Positions 22,396 to 36,474 of a stretch of DNA of 64,000 nt are shown here, piece by piece; positions within the stretch are counted from its first letter, which is position 1, and every line of letters starts with the position of its first letter. Under the pieces are notes generated by a model. It ran no database searches, was not told where the DNA came from, and was given only the letters and a program-made list of their open reading frames with translations. Both the position numbers and the translations under genes were made by a program. The DNA is from Takakia lepidozioides. Lineage: Eukaryota; Plantae; Bryophyta. The stretch lies in assembly GCA_030704615.1 (NCBI GenBank), contig CM060734.1, forward strand, positions 2,976,001 to 3,040,000. The letters run 5' to 3'.

Positions 22396-25300
22396 ATGGC
22401 GGAAAACCCGAGCGCTACAGTGTACTGCCCTCCTCATGAGCATAGAGCTTCATTTCCGTGAAGAGGGGACATCTGCCGGGTGATGGAGAAATATTTGTGC
22501 GATCGATACCACCTGAAACCGGTGTCGGTTTTTTTGGAGGAAATAAATGACTCAAATGGCCTTGTTGTCGAGAGTATTGTTGTGCTCCACGATGATTTCG
22601 GCGATGGCAGGGAATGGCGAGTTCCACCATCGGACAACGTCATATACAGGGCTGTTGGGGACTTCATTTGCCCGCCAAATGCACCTTCTATCCTGGCGCC
22701 TTCCACGAAACAATCCGCGAATCAGAGAGTGGCTACCTCAAAGAGAGAAGTCCGCAACGAAGTAAATCCAGAGCCGAACCCATCCATGAAGACGAGCGAG
22801 AACCGGGTTGTTCACAACCTGTCCGACTCAGACGAGGTCATGGAAGTTCCGAGGTCGTCCTGGAGATCAGGCAAGTCCTCAATGGACGTCAGTGGAGGAG
22901 GGAGTCATATTCCCAGCACGAGCACCGCAGTTCGATCTATTCTTGAAATTCTGCGAGGGCTTCACCTGGAGGGACACCGGTCAGAGCTGGCCGGGCTGGA
23001 CTACAGCAAGTTCGCAATTAAATTGGTTACATGCCTTCCCGCCAACGTCGACGGTAATATCTTCTTTGAGTTCCCTCCTCGGGCGGACTACTCGAGGGCG
23101 TCCGGAATGTTGACAGATATGGATAGAAAACATGACGGTCATCCTTGGTGCGTTACCAAAACCACCAGCATGAAGATGCTCAATGGTGTGCGGGTGCGCT
23201 ACGTTGTTTGTGCGGGCGCGTTGCGGTGTTTCTCCCCAACTTGCTTCCACTTTAAATCTAGAGGTCACAGGAACGAGACCGATTGGACAGGCACAGCTCA
23301 TCAACCATTTTGAGCTCAGGAGAAGGTTCCGAACTCCACATTTAAGTGTGCGCATTGCAAAGAACCACCACACTGCATGTCTGTTTGTAATGCCAAGCAC
23401 TTCTATGTGTTGCACCGTTTCCCTGTCCTCACCCGAGCTTGCATACACGTTGGTTCCCATTGTCACAAATTGGCGAGGGGGAACTCGCGGGAGGCTACCC
23501 ACGAAGCAGAGCAGCTCATTCAGGAGGAGGTTAAGTTGAGACCGGGTGCCAAACCCAAACAGATACAGCTCCAAGCCGCCCATAAGATGGCATTGGCCAG
23601 AATTATGTCGGAAGACGGCTCCGATAGAGTTCCTCTCGATGAGAAGGAAATGGAGGCATTGCTGGAGTCGGTGTCCCACGTATGTTCACCGAATGTCCGA
23701 AACCACATTGTCTCATGCAAACAGAAAATTGGGCGTGGCTCGGATATGCACTCCATTCTGGAGGTGAAGCGACGATGTGGATATAACTACATTCATGGAA
23801 GTAGGTTTCCAGGACAAGGGACTGAGGCAGATCGTTGTTTTGTATTCAAAATGTCCACGTGTGGACCTGGCAGCGGCGTCGAACTGGTCGACAGGATAAC
23901 GAGTGGGGACTTGTCAAACAGTTGGGTCATGTTCGACCATATCAAGCGAATTACAAATCACCAGTGGGTGACAATGGGTGCACATGTCTACGACACCCAC
24001 TGCAGGATGCTAATGACAATTGCTATTTGTGAGATGAAATGAGAGGACACACAATCGGAGATGCTTCTTTGGCAGGGAATAAACGAACAGATGGCCAAGG
24101 CGGGATTGCCCCCTCCCAATTTCCGTGGTTTCATGGCGGACGACGTACAAGCAAATTGGGCTGCCATCTGAAGGGTGTATGGGCAAGACCCCAATGTTCC
24201 CATGGAAGGCAAGGAGAGATCTTGTGGGTTCCATTTTCTGCAGAGCCTTTCGCAGTACACAACCAGGCTCGTGGCGCCAGATTTCAGAGAGGAGCACCGT
24301 TCCATGTGCCTTGCGTGGAAGCGCGCTCCCACCTTGGATGATGCAGAGACACAGTTTGCATGTATACGGGCTTGGTGGACATCGTCAGGTGCTGTAAGGA
24401 AATTAGACGAGGGAGCAATGGTCAGTTGGCTAGCATGGTGGCATTATCGTTTCCTCCAGTTCGGCGACTATATGCGGGAGGTGAATTGCACGAATTCGCG
24501 TCCCGTTGAATATTATTCTTGGCCATATTTGTAACTTGCTTGTAACCTCAACATGTGCTTGTGCAGGAAATGTGTCTCGACTCCGACACCGACATGCCCA
24601 CGACAAACATGGCCGAATCAGTGCACTCTTCCTGGCGTGCCTCCTCTGTGGCGCATCTGGAAGACATCCTCACTGCCACAACGGAGGACATTGTGAGGTC
24701 AATTATGCAGCAATGCAGGTACAACGAGTTCTTGAAAGGGAAACAGTGGGGCTTGGGGCCGGACAGGCAGGAAATGCTGATGCGGACTGCCTCTAGATCG
24801 AAGAATCCTCGGAAGTGGGCGGCGGCCTTGCGAGAGGGCCTTCGGGACACGCCATTACTGCGAAGAGGCCAACATTTGGAAGGAGATGTTCATACCCGTC
24901 CAGTGAGACGAAGACTTGACGAGGCACCTAGCGGAGAAGAGGATTCATGGCGAGCTGACAAGAATATTCGCACGCTCCCTCGTGGTCCGGTGATGTTGCC
25001 CGAGGAGGTCTCGTCGAGCACCGCAAGTCCTGCACGTTCAAGATCGCCATCTCCTTTGAGCACAAGGCGCGTGCCCCGGCAACATAACGAGCCATCTGTA
25101 GTAAAGCAGTACAACATTCCCATTGTGGAGACAAGAGTGTCGGAGTCACAGTGGAGAATTGCGAGGACATTGCCGGCATTTCGAGGGAAATGCTGCGCCA
25201 TCCGGGTGGATACGAGAGCACGCTGTGGTGAGATGATTCGGAGGAACCCACATGGTGCTGTACCTGTACCTTGTTTCAGCGGCAGATTTTTTACTCCCAC

Positions 25301-25985
25301 ATTTGCTCACGCCACAACGCAGACATTTTGGTTCTGTAGGCACGACATAATGACCTGTGTATTTGGCAAGCCCAAGTACGGGATTCATGGAATGCCGGAG
25401 CCTCCGGGCGTCTGGCCTGTTGCACCGGGTTGCAGCCTCTCTCAGAATGAGGCGGATGCTCTATCTGCAGCAGGATTTCGAATGGTGCAACGCACAGACA
25501 TCCCGGCCCACGCATTTCCGGTTCCTCAGACCCAGCCATTGCAGACTGCTCGGTCCAGTAGAGACGGATTGGACAATTTTGCACATCCCACAATGCGATT
25601 CGGAATCGTGAAGAGACGACACCCTCCCAACAAGTTGAATGAGACTCGGATTGCCAATGCTCTTGGGATGGCTTGCACTATTCAGAGCTCCGTGGACGTA
25701 CCCCCACCCGGCCTTGGGCGTGTGTATCGGATGGCAACGGCCGGCTCGGCTGTACGCGACGATGTATACACAATTACGATTGGAGTGGAGCCGACTTGCA
25801 ATTGTACGGACTTCTCGTTGATGGAAGCAAAGAAGCGTTCGAAGTATTATCCGTGCAAGCATCTGTATTACATTTACCTGAAGAGGTTGAGGATGAATGT
25901 GACTATTGATGACTTTATTCATGCACCGGCGTTGAGCGTGAACAAGCTGCACAAACTCCTCCTTAGGGATTCCAGAAATCATTGA
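22396..25985 (+). pseudogene. MULE-type DDE transposase with GCM/WRKY-like Zn region and C-terminal SWIM finger (unit 1; about 1170 codons; 4 TGA stops)
   Basis: One frame from ATG 22396 to 24480, intron 24481-24566, exon 2 to 25985. Motifs WVMFDH (D), FMADD (D), CGFH (CxxH), PTTNMAESVH (E), and SWIM CNCTDF..YPCKH. Stops at 22459, 23311, 24040 and 24169. Confidence 0.85.
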
Positions 25986-26108
25986 TGGGGCAAAGGGAAT
26001 CCTCCATATGGATATTTTCAATTGCATTTTGTTGTATCAGACTTTTTTTTGCAGTGTAATGAAATGCACCCCAAAACTCCTGGAATGAGGCAATATTCCA
26101 TTCAAACT

Positions 26109-26589
26109 GAGACCTCGTGGTGGGGGTCGTGGGGAGTCTTGGGACTCATCACGGTCCAGAGGGGCCGTGGTGAGTGGGCCAAGACTCACCACGACTCATC
26201 ATCGGGAGTCGAGGGTTTTCGTGGTGGTTCGCCATAAAATGGCATGGCTGGTTGTGAAACCCCCGTGGACAGCTACAGAAGTATATATAAGGGGAGTAGT
26301 GACCCCGAGAACGGTGCAAGCCCGTTGGTGACCAAAAACTAGTGAGTAAGCGAGCGAGCCGGAAAGCGACCAAAGAGTGGGGAGCTGTTCCGGACTGCCA
26401 TCTACCAAAGGGAATTCCACTAGTCCCAAATAGGTGGAGGGTTTAGTGGGAAGCGAAGGGGGACCTTTATGTCCCGGTGAGCAGCCGAAGCTCCAAGTTG
26501 GCCCGGCGGCCAGGTTGGGAGTCAGGCGCGCGCATCAAAGCGAGTAACTATGACGTGAAGGGGAGCTTACCGAAGGGAGGTGCGCGACA
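26109..26589 (+). repeat. Partial LTR (3' two-thirds, including the TATA box) in triplication unit 2
   Basis: Copy of 18128-18608. Confidence 0.95.
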
Positions 26590-28272
26590 GGAAGTGTGGG
26601 CACGGGAAGCTCCGTGGTCGTTCTCAATGGAAACGTAAAACGCGGCAGACCCCATTCGATATCCATCCCGGAAAGAGAATTTCAGCTTGTCGATATCGCC
26701 TGGGAGGGCAGGTCTCACCACCTGCAATGACACCAAGCGGCAAAGGGGAATTCGAAGCTTGGCCGGGTACACCATGCCCCCCAGGACCCTGCCAATGTTG
26801 CTGTGGGTTGCCTCCAACATCTTGGCAGCGGCCAACTTCATATCCGCCTCAGACATGACGTCTGCTGCAGAGGGGTTTTCCGGCAGCCCACCAGGACCGC
26901 CAAATCCAGCCTGTATGCTCCGGGTTTGGGGCCTGGGGATGTCTGGGAGGATGTCATCCTGGTCAGAAAGCTCCCTGTCGTCCTCCTCAATAGGGTCAGC
27001 CACCTACGAAACCACCTCCAGCACTCTCCCCGTCTCTACTGCCCTCTCCCTGGCTTCACCTCGAACTTGCACAATCCGTGCTCTTTCTGGTGTTCTTTCC
27101 TCTCCTCCACTCTCCACCGTATGGGTAATTGCAGGGGCTGCTCTTGCCCGCGATGGTCTAACCGGTGTGGTACTGCCTCTTTGTGGTGTCTTGGAGGGAT
27201 CCACCGTCTCTGTGCGTCCCTCGCTTACATTGGCATATGTCATTTGGGCACCCCTGGCCTCTTCAGTGGCCTTTTCTCTTTCCTCTTGGCTAGCATTCTG
27301 TCTCGTCTGTTCTTTTGCCCTCTCTTTTGCCCTCTCACGGGCTTTCTGTTTCTTATTAGGGCTAGCAGCAGGGGAGCCCGGATGGACGACCACCTTTGAG
27401 GTAGGCGAACTGACACCCTCGCGCGCACTGTGAACTCCCCCCTCCGCAGCCCGTGACGGCTCTCACGCCGGGGATTGCACGTGCTTGGCTTTCTTCTTCT
27501 TCTTTGCTTGGACGGGCCCTACTGCTTCTGCATCAACAACCTCCATTGCCGGATCTGTTGTTCTCACTTCCTCACGCCGTTCACCTGCCATGAGGCCTGC
27601 ACCAACCTCCCCAATGCCTATTCTGTCGTACTCTCGCTGCAGGTCCTCCCGTCCACCAACAAAAGGTTGAAGTTTGCCCTCTCGCTCCAAGGTGGGCGGT
27701 TCAAACATGCGATGAGTTGCAGCAGTCGATGATACCACCAGCGTGCCGGGCTCGTCGTCACTCTGTCATTCCCAAAATCGTGAGAACCAACATCGGTGCC
27801 AAAACCAGCATCGCAACCACCATAGCAACAATCGTGTAACAAAAATGAAAACATAACAAGTTTAGGAAGTATGGAGAGCCATGCAACAACAATGAAAACA
27901 AATGCAACCATTGCCTGAGAATGACATGCACAAGCAGCCTTCTCTAGAGCTGCCGGATTTGCACACGCATTGCAAACAATCTAAGGTTCACTCATCCAGC
28001 GAAGCCAGGATGAAGATGCAAAAACAAAACGAGGCAACAAAGCGAAAGCGAAAGCGAAAGCAAAATCGAACAAAGCGAAAGCAGAAGTGGCTTGCCTGAG
28101 AGTACTCGGCTTCAGTTGGCGCGGGTTGTGAGCAAGACACTGGAATCTCCTGCTGGAGCTTCAGTTTAGCCATGCGAGAGATTGGCCGTCGTCCGTAGTA
28201 CAGAGCTTTCAACTTCCGCCGCGGTCTGGATGTGAGGTCTTTCTCAGGAGAGCCACGCCCTTCAGGCGGCAT
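26590..28272 (-). pseudogene. ParB-MTase gene 5' part (unit 2)
   Basis: Copy of 18609-20302; gives the unbroken peptide LAAAKMLEATHSNIGRVLGGMVYPAKLRIPLCRLVSLQVVRPAL. Confidence 0.85.
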
Positions 28273-28490
28273 AAGTCCCAGCCAAAATGGAAAAAAATCT
28301 CCGTTTTTGGGGTACATGCCTCGAATAGCATGTTAAGCCAAGATTAGCATCAGATTTAGGGTACATATCCAGGAAGCCATGTGTCGCCAGCCCGAATGAA
28401 AACGGATGGCGGTGGACATTTATTGCCCAACTGCGCAATTAAATGTCGGATGAAGCCCTCCATGTCGGATGAAAATCGACGGAACTCGGC

Positions 28491-30066
28491 CCGGAATTTC
28501 CAACGTAGAGGTAATTCGGAGCGCTGCAGGATGGAAATCCGACGCCGGATTTCCATCCTGCAGGTAATTCGGAGCGCAGCAGGATGGAAATTCAGCGCCG
28601 AATTTCCATCCTGCAAGGTAGGGCGGCGCGCGAAATTTCCCTCACGCAGGTAATTTCAAAGCGGATGGATGGAAATCCGGCGCCGGATTTCCATCCGCGC
28701 AGGTAGGGCGGCGGGCGAAATTTCCCTCACGCAGGTAATTCGGAGGCGGATTTCCATCCGCAAGGTTGGTCGGAGAGCGGATGGATGGAGATCCGGCGCC
28801 GAATTTCCATCCAACAGGTAAGTAGGATCGCTGGCGTATGGATATTTGGCGCCGAATTTCCATTCGCCAGGTATTTCGAAGCGCTGAATTACCTTCCTGC
28901 AGGTAATTCTGAGCGTGTCCGATTGATTTTTCGGAGAAAAACAAACCTAACTGTTTGTTTTGTGGCTGAAGTGCACTTGTAGACACGTTTTTCTTGGAAT
29001 CCTTGACTGCTAGAGGCAAATCGGAACAGCCTCGGACGGAAATTCGGCGCCGTTTTTCCATTCTGGGAGGTTTTTACAACTTCCTTTGAGGGGGCCCCGA
29101 TGGAAATTCGGCGCCGAATTTCCATCCGGGGGATGGTCTCTGTCGGAGAGGTGTCGGCCTCTCCGCCGCTCTGTTGGATATTCGGTGCCGAATTTCCGTC
29201 CGGGGGTTGAAATATGACGGCCAGGTGCCGGCCTCTCCCCCCTCCCTGACTGCATTGGAACGGCCCCGGATGGAAATTCGGCGCCGTTTTTCCATCTGGG
29301 GAGGTTTTTATGTCGGCCAGTTTTCGGCTTGACCCCCCGACACGACTTCCTTTGGGGGGGCCCGGATGGAAATTCGGCGCCGAATCTCCATATAGGGGAT
29401 GCTCTCTGTCGAACACGTGCCGGCCTCTACGCCCGAGGCGACTTCATCCGGGCGTCCCCTGTTGGATATTCAGTGCCGAATTTCCGTCCGGGGGTTGAAA
29501 TGTGACGGCCAGGTGCCGGCCTCTCCCCCCTCCCCGACTGCATCCGAACCGTCCCGGATGGAAATTCGGCGCCGTTTTTCCATCTGGGGATGTTTTTATG
29601 CCGGCCAGTTTTCGGCCTGACCCCCCGACACGACTTCCTTTGGGGGGGCCCGGATGGAAATTCGGCGCCGAATGTCCATCCAGGGGATGTTCTCTGTCGC
29701 ACACGCGCCAGCCTCTGCGCCCGAGGCGACTTCATCCGGGCTTCCCCTGTTGTATATTCGGTGCCGAATTTCCGTCCGGGGGTTGTAATGTGAGGGCCAG
29801 ATGGCGGCCTTTCCCCCGAGCCGACTGCATCCGAAAGGCCTCGGATGGAAATTCGGCGCCGCTTTTCCATCCGCGGAGGTTTTTAGGTCGGCCAGTTTTC
29901 GGCCTGACCCCCCGACATGACTTCCTTTGGGTGGATCCGAATGGAAATTCGGCGCTGAATTTCCATCCGGAGGATATTTTCTGTCGGACACGTGCCAGCA
30001 TCTCTGCCCCATACGACTTCATCCGTGCGGCCCCTGTTGGGTATTGGGTGCCGAATTTCCATTCGG
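28491..30066. repeat. Intergenic palindrome arrays (unit 2)
   Basis: Copy of 20520-22095. Confidence 0.93.
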
Positions 30067-30366
30067 GGGTAGTAATGTGACGGCACGGTGCCGGCTTCTC
30101 CCCTTCAGCCGACATCATCCGGACGGCCCCCCACTTTCTGACTGCATACCGTTGGCAGTTATTGCGCAAAGACCAAGGGCCGCATTCCGGAGACAAGGTT
30201 CATTAACACTCTGACTCTGGATTTTTGAGATAGTTGGCTCCCTGGATTTGGACCAGGCTTCGTCGCTCGGACAAATCGGCACCGCATTCCTTCCCATCGC
30301 TGCATCCCCCTTCTACCAGGGAGCTTCCCCGCACGCCATCCTGGCAGTCTTGTGTGCACATCTCCC

Positions 30367-33300
30367 ATGGCGGAAAACCCGAGCGCTACAGTGTACTGCC
30401 CTCCTCATGAGCATAGAGCTTCATTTCCGTGAAGAGGGGACATCTGCCGGGTGATGGAGAAATATTTGTGCGATCGATACCACCTGAAACCGGTGTCGGT
30501 TTTTTTGGAGGAAATAAATGACTCAAATGGCCTTGTTGTCGAGAGTATTGTTGTGCTCCACGATGATTTCGGCGATGGCAGGGAATGGCGAGTTCCACCA
30601 TCGGACAACGTCATATACAGGGCTGTTGGGGACTTCATTTGCCCGCCAAATGCACCTTCTATCCTGGCGCCTTCCACGAAACAATCCGCGAATCAGAGAG
30701 TGGCTACCTCAAAGAGAGAAGTCCGCAACGAAGTAAATCCAGAGCCGAACCCATCCATGAAGACGAGCGAGAACCGGGTTGTTCACAACCTGTCCGACTC
30801 AGACGAGGTCATGGAAGTTCCGAGGTCGTCCTGGAGATCAGGCAAGTCCTCAATGGACGTCAGTGGAGGAGGGAGTCATATTCCCAGCACGAGCACCGCA
30901 GTTCGATCTATTCTTGAAATTCTGCGAGGGCTTCACCTGGAGGGACACCGGTCAGAGCTGGCCGGGCTGGACTACAGCAAGTTCGCAATTAAATTGGTTA
31001 CATGCCTTCCCGCCAACGTCGACGGTAATATCTTCTTTGAGTTCCCTCCTCGGGCGGACTACTCGAGGGCGTCCGGAATGTTGACAGATATGGATAGAAA
31101 ACATGACGGTCATCCTTGGTGCGTTACCAAAACCACCAGCATGAAGATGCTCAATGGTGTGCGGGTGCGCTACGTTGTTTGTGCGGGCGCGTTGCGGTGT
31201 TTCTCCCCAACTTGCTTCCACTTTAAATCTAGAGGTCACAGGAACGAGACCGATTGGACAGGCACAGCTCATCAACCATTTTGAGCTCAGGAGAAGGTTC
31301 CGAACTCCACATTTAAGTGTGCGCATTGCAAAGAACCACCACACTGCATGTCTGTTTGTAATGCCAAGCACTTCTATGTGTTGCACCGTTTCCCTGTCCT
31401 CACCCGAGCTTGCATACACGTTGGTTCCCATTGTCACAAATTGGCGAGGGGGAACTCGCGGGAGGCTACCCACGAAGCAGAGCAGCTCATTCAGGAGGAG
31501 GTTAAGTTGAGACCGGGTGCCAAACCCAAACAGATACAGCTCCAAGCCGCCCATAAGATGGCATTGGCCAGAATTATGTCGGAAGACGGCTCCGATAGAG
31601 TTCCTCTCGATGAGAAGGAAATGGAGGCATTGCTGGAGTCGGTGTCCCACGTATGTTCACCGAATGTCCGAAACCACATTGTCTCATGCAAACAGAAAAT
31701 TGGGCGTGGCTCGGATATGCACTCCATTCTGGAGGTGAAGCGACGATGTGGATATGACTACATTCATGGAAGTAGGTTTCCAGGACAAGGGACTGAGGCA
31801 GATCGTTGTTTTGTATTCAAAATGTCCACGTGTGGACCTGGCAGCGGCGTCGAACTGGTCGACAGGATAACGAGTGGGGACTTGTCAAACAGTTGGGTCA
31901 TGTTCGACCATATCAAGCGAATTACAAATCACCAGTGGGTGACAATGGGTGCACATGTCTACGACACCCACTGCAGGATGCTAATGACAATTGCTATTTG
32001 TGAGATGAAATGAGAGGACACACAATCGGAGATGCTTCTTTGGCAGGGAATAAACGAACAGATGGCCAAGGCGGGATTGCCCCCTCCCAATTTCCGTGGT
32101 TTCATGGCGGACGACGTACAAGCAAATTGGGCTGCCATCTGAAGGGTGTATGGGCAAGACCCCAATGTTCCCATGGAAGGCAAGGAGAGATCTTGTGGGT
32201 TCCATTTTCTGCAGAGCCTTTCGCAGTACACAACCAGGCTCGTGGCGCCAGATTTCAGAGAGGAGCACCGTTCCATGTGCCTTGCGTGGAAGCGCGCTCC
32301 CACCTTGGATGATGCAGAGACACAGTTTGCATGTATACGGGCTTGGTGGACATCGTCAGGTGCTGTAAGGAAATTAGACGAGGGAGCAATGGTCAGTTGG
32401 CTAGCATGGTGGCATTATCGTTTCCTCCAGTTCGGCGACTATATGCGGGAGGTGAATTGCACGAATTCGCGTCCCGTTGAATATTATTCTTGGCCATATT
32501 TGTAACTTGCTTGTAACCTCAACATGTGCTTGTGCAGGAAATGTGTCTCGACTCCGACACCGACATGCCCACGACAAACATGGCCGAATCAGTGCACTCT
32601 TCCTGGCGTGCCTCCTCTGTGGCGCATCTGGAAGACATCCTCACTGCCACAACGGAGGACATTGTGAGGTCAATTATGCAGCAATGCAGGTACAACGAGT
32701 TCTTGAAAGGGAAACAGTGGGGCTTGGGGCCGGACAGGCAGGAAATGCTGATGCGGACTGCCTCTAGATCGAAGAATCCTCGGAAGTGGGCGGCGGCCTT
32801 GCGAGAGGGCCTTCGGGACACGCCATTACTGCGAAGAGGCCAACATTTGGAAGGAGATGTTCATACCCGTCCAGTGAGACGAAGACTTGACGAGGCACCT
32901 AGCGGAGAAGAGGATTCATGGCGAGCTGACAAGAATATTCGCACGCTCCCTCGTGGTCCGGTGATGTTGCCCGAGGAGGTCTCGTCGAGCACCGCAAGTC
33001 CTGCACGTTCAAGATCGCCATCTCCTTTGAGCACAAGGCGCGTGCCCCGGCAACATAACGAGCCATCTGTAGTAAAGCAGTACAACATTCCCATTGTGGA
33101 GACAAGAGTGTCGGAGTCACAGTGGAGAATTGCGAGGACATTGCCGGCATTTCGAGGGAAATGCTGCGCCATCCGGGTGGATACGAGAGCACGCTGTGGT
33201 GAGATGATTCGGAGGAACCCACATGGTGCTGTACCTGTACCTTGTTTCAGCGGCAGATTTTTTACTCCCACATTTGCTCACGCCACAACGCAGACATTTT

Positions 33301-33956
33301 GGTTCTGTAGGCACGACATAATGACCTGTGTATTTGGCAAGCCCAAGTACGGGATTCATGGAATGCCGGAGCCTCCGGGCGTCTGGCCTGTTGCACCGGG
33401 TTGCAGCCTCTCTCAGAATGAGGCGGATGCTCTATCTGCAGCAGGATTTCGAATGGTGCAACGCACAGACATCCCGGCCCACGCATTTCCGGTTCCTCAG
33501 ACCCAGCCATTGCAGACTGCTCGGTCCAGTAGAGACGGATTGGACAATTTTGCACATCCCACAATGCGATTCGGAATCGTGAAGAGACGACACCCTCCCA
33601 ACAAGTTGAATGAGACTCGGATTGCCAATGCTCTTGGGATGGCTTGCACTATTCAGAGCTCCGTGGACGTACCCCCACCCGGCCTTGGGCGTGTGTATCG
33701 GATGGCAACGGCCGGCTCGGCTGTACGCGACGATGTATACACAATTACGATTGGAGTGGAGCCGACTTGCAATTGTACGGACTTCTCGTTGATGGAAGCA
33801 AAGAAGCGTTCGAAGTATTATCCGTGCAAGCATCTGTATTACATTTACCTGAAGAGGTTGAGGATGAATGTGACTATTGATGACTTTATTCATGCACCGG
33901 CGTTGAGCGTGAACAAGCTGCACAAACTCCTCCTTAGGGATTCCAGAAATCATTGA
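30367..33956 (+). pseudogene. MULE-type transposase (unit 2)
   Basis: Copy of 22396-25985 with the same four stops. Confidence 0.85.
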
Positions 33957-34079
33957 TGGGGCAAAGGGAATCCTCCATATGGATATTTTCAATTGCATTT
34001 TGTTGTATCAGACTTTTTTTTGCAGTGTAATGAAATGCACCCCAAAACTCCTGGAATGAGGCAATATTCCATTCAAACT

Positions 34080-34560
34080 GAGACCTCGTGGTGGGGGTCG
34101 TGGGGAGTCTTGGGACTCATCACGGTCCAGAGGGGCCGTGGTGAGTGGGCCAAGACTCACCACGACTCATCATCGGGAGTCGAGGGTTTTCGTGGTGGTT
34201 CGCCATAAAATGGCATGGCTGGTTGTGAAACCCCCGTGGACAGCTACAGAAGTATATATAAGGGGAGTAGTGACCCCAAGAACGGTGCAAGCCCGTTGGT
34301 GACCAAAAACTAGTGAGTAAGCGAGCGAGCCGGAAAGCGACCAAAGAGTGGGGAGCTGTTCCGGACTGCCATCTACCAAAGGGAATTCCACTAGTCCCAA
34401 ATAGGTGGAGGGTTTAGTGGGAAGCGAAGGGGGACCTTTATGTCCCGGTGAGCAGCCGAAGCTCCAAGTTGGCCCGGCGGCCAGGTTGGGAGTCAGGCGC
34501 GCGCATCAAAGCGAGTAACTATGACGTGAAGGGGAGCTTACCGAAGGGAGGTGCGCGACA
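34080..34560 (+). repeat. Partial LTR in triplication unit 3
   Basis: Copy of 18128-18608. Confidence 0.95.
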
Positions 34561-36256
34561 GGAAGTGTGGGCACGGGAAGCTCCGTGGTCGTTCTCAATG
34601 GAAACGTAAAACGCGGCAGACCCCATTCGATATCCATCCCGGAAAGAGAATTTCAGCTTGTCGATATCGCCTGGGAGGGCAGGTCTCACCACCTGCAATG
34701 ACACCAAGCGGCAAAGGGGAATTCGAAGCTTGGCCGGGTACACCATGCCCCCCAGGACCCTGCCAATGTTGCTGTGGGTTGCCTCCAACATCTTGGCAGC
34801 GGCCAACTTCATATCCGCCTCAGACATGACGTCTGCTGCAGAGGGGTTTTCCGGCAGCCCACCAGGACCGCCAAATCCAGCCTGTATGCTCCGGGTTTGG
34901 GGCCTGGGGATGTCTGGGAGGATGTCATCCTGGTCAGAAAGCTCCCTGTCGTCCTCCTCAATAGGGTCAGCCACCTACGAAACCACCTCCAGCACTCTCC
35001 CCGTCTCTACTGCCCTCTCCCTGGCTTCACCTCGAACTTGCACAATCCGTGCTCTTTCTGGTGTTCTTTCCTCTCCTCCACTCTCCACCGTATGGGTAAT
35101 TGCAGGGGCTGCTCTTGCCCGCGATGGTCTAACCGGTGTGGTACTGCCTCTTTGTGGTGTCTTGGAGGGATCCACCGTCTCTGTGCGTCCCTCGCTTACA
35201 TTGGCATATGTCATTTGGGCACCCCTGGCCTCTTCAGTGGCCTTTTCTCTTTCCTCTTGGCTAGCATTCTGTCTCGTCTGTTCTTTTGCCCTCTCTTTTG
35301 CCCTCTCACGGGCTTTCTGTTTCTTATTAGGGCTAGCAGCAGGGGAGCCCGGATGGACGACCACCTTTGAGGTAGGCGAACTGACACCCTCGCGCGCACT
35401 GTGAACTCCCCCCTCCGCAGCCCGTGACGGCTCTCACGCCGGGGATTGCACGTGCTTGGCTTTCTTCTTCTTCTTTGCTTGGACGGGCCCTACTGCTTCT
35501 GCATCAACAACCTCCATTGCCGGATCTGTTGTTCTCACTTCCTCACGCCGTTCACCTGCCATGAGGCCTGCACCAACCTCCCCAATGCCTATTCTGTCGT
35601 ACTCTCGCTGCAGGTCCTCCCGTCCACCAACAAAAGGTTGAAGTTTGCCCTCTCGCTCCAAGGTGGGCGGTTCAAACATGCGATGAGTTGCAGCAGTCGA
35701 TGATACCACCAGCGTGCCGGGCTCGTCGTCACTCTGTCATTCCCAAAATCGTGAGAACCAACATCGGTGCCAAAACCAGCATCGCAACCACCATAGCAAC
35801 AATCGTGTAACAAAAATGAAAACATAACAAGTTTAGGAAGTATGGAGAGCCATGCAACAACAATGAAAACAAATGCAACCATTGCCTGAGAATGACATGC
35901 ACAAGCAGCCTTCTCTAGAGCTGCCGGATTTGCACACGCATTGCAAACAATCTAAGGTTCACTCAGCTATCTAAGGTTCACTCATCCAGCGAAGCCAGGA
36001 TGAAGATGCAAAAACAAAACGAGGCAACAAAGCGAAAGCGAAAGCAAAATCGAACAAAGCGAAAGCAGAAGTGGCTTGCCTGAGAGTACTCGGCTTCAGT
36101 TGGCGCGGGTTGTGAGCAAGACACTGGAATCTCCTGCTGGAGCTTCAGTTTAGCCATGCGAGAGATTGGCCGTCGTCCGTAGTACAGAGCTTTCAACTTC
36201 CGCCGCGGTCTGGATGTGAGGTCTTTCTCAGGAGAGCCACGCCCTTCAGGCGGCAT
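34561..36256 (-). pseudogene. ParB-MTase gene 5' part (unit 3)
   Basis: Copy of 18609-20302. Confidence 0.85.
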
Positions 36257-36474
36257 AAGTCCCAGCCAAAATGGAAAAAAATCTCCGTTTTTGGGGTACA
36301 TGCCTCGAATAGCATGTTAAGCCAAGATTAGCATCAGATTTAGGGTACATATCCAGGAAGCCATGTGTCGCCAGCCCGAATGAAAACGGATGGCGGTGGA
36401 CATTTATTGCCCAACTGCGCAATTAAATGTCGGATGAAGCCCTCCATGTCGGATGAAAATCGACGGAACTCGGC

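Noticed and set aside
22396-25985. KDZ/Zisupton or hAT transposase
   Set aside because: The D..D..CxxH..TTNxxES pattern with SWIM fits the MULE signature better. This was not confirmed by a profile search.
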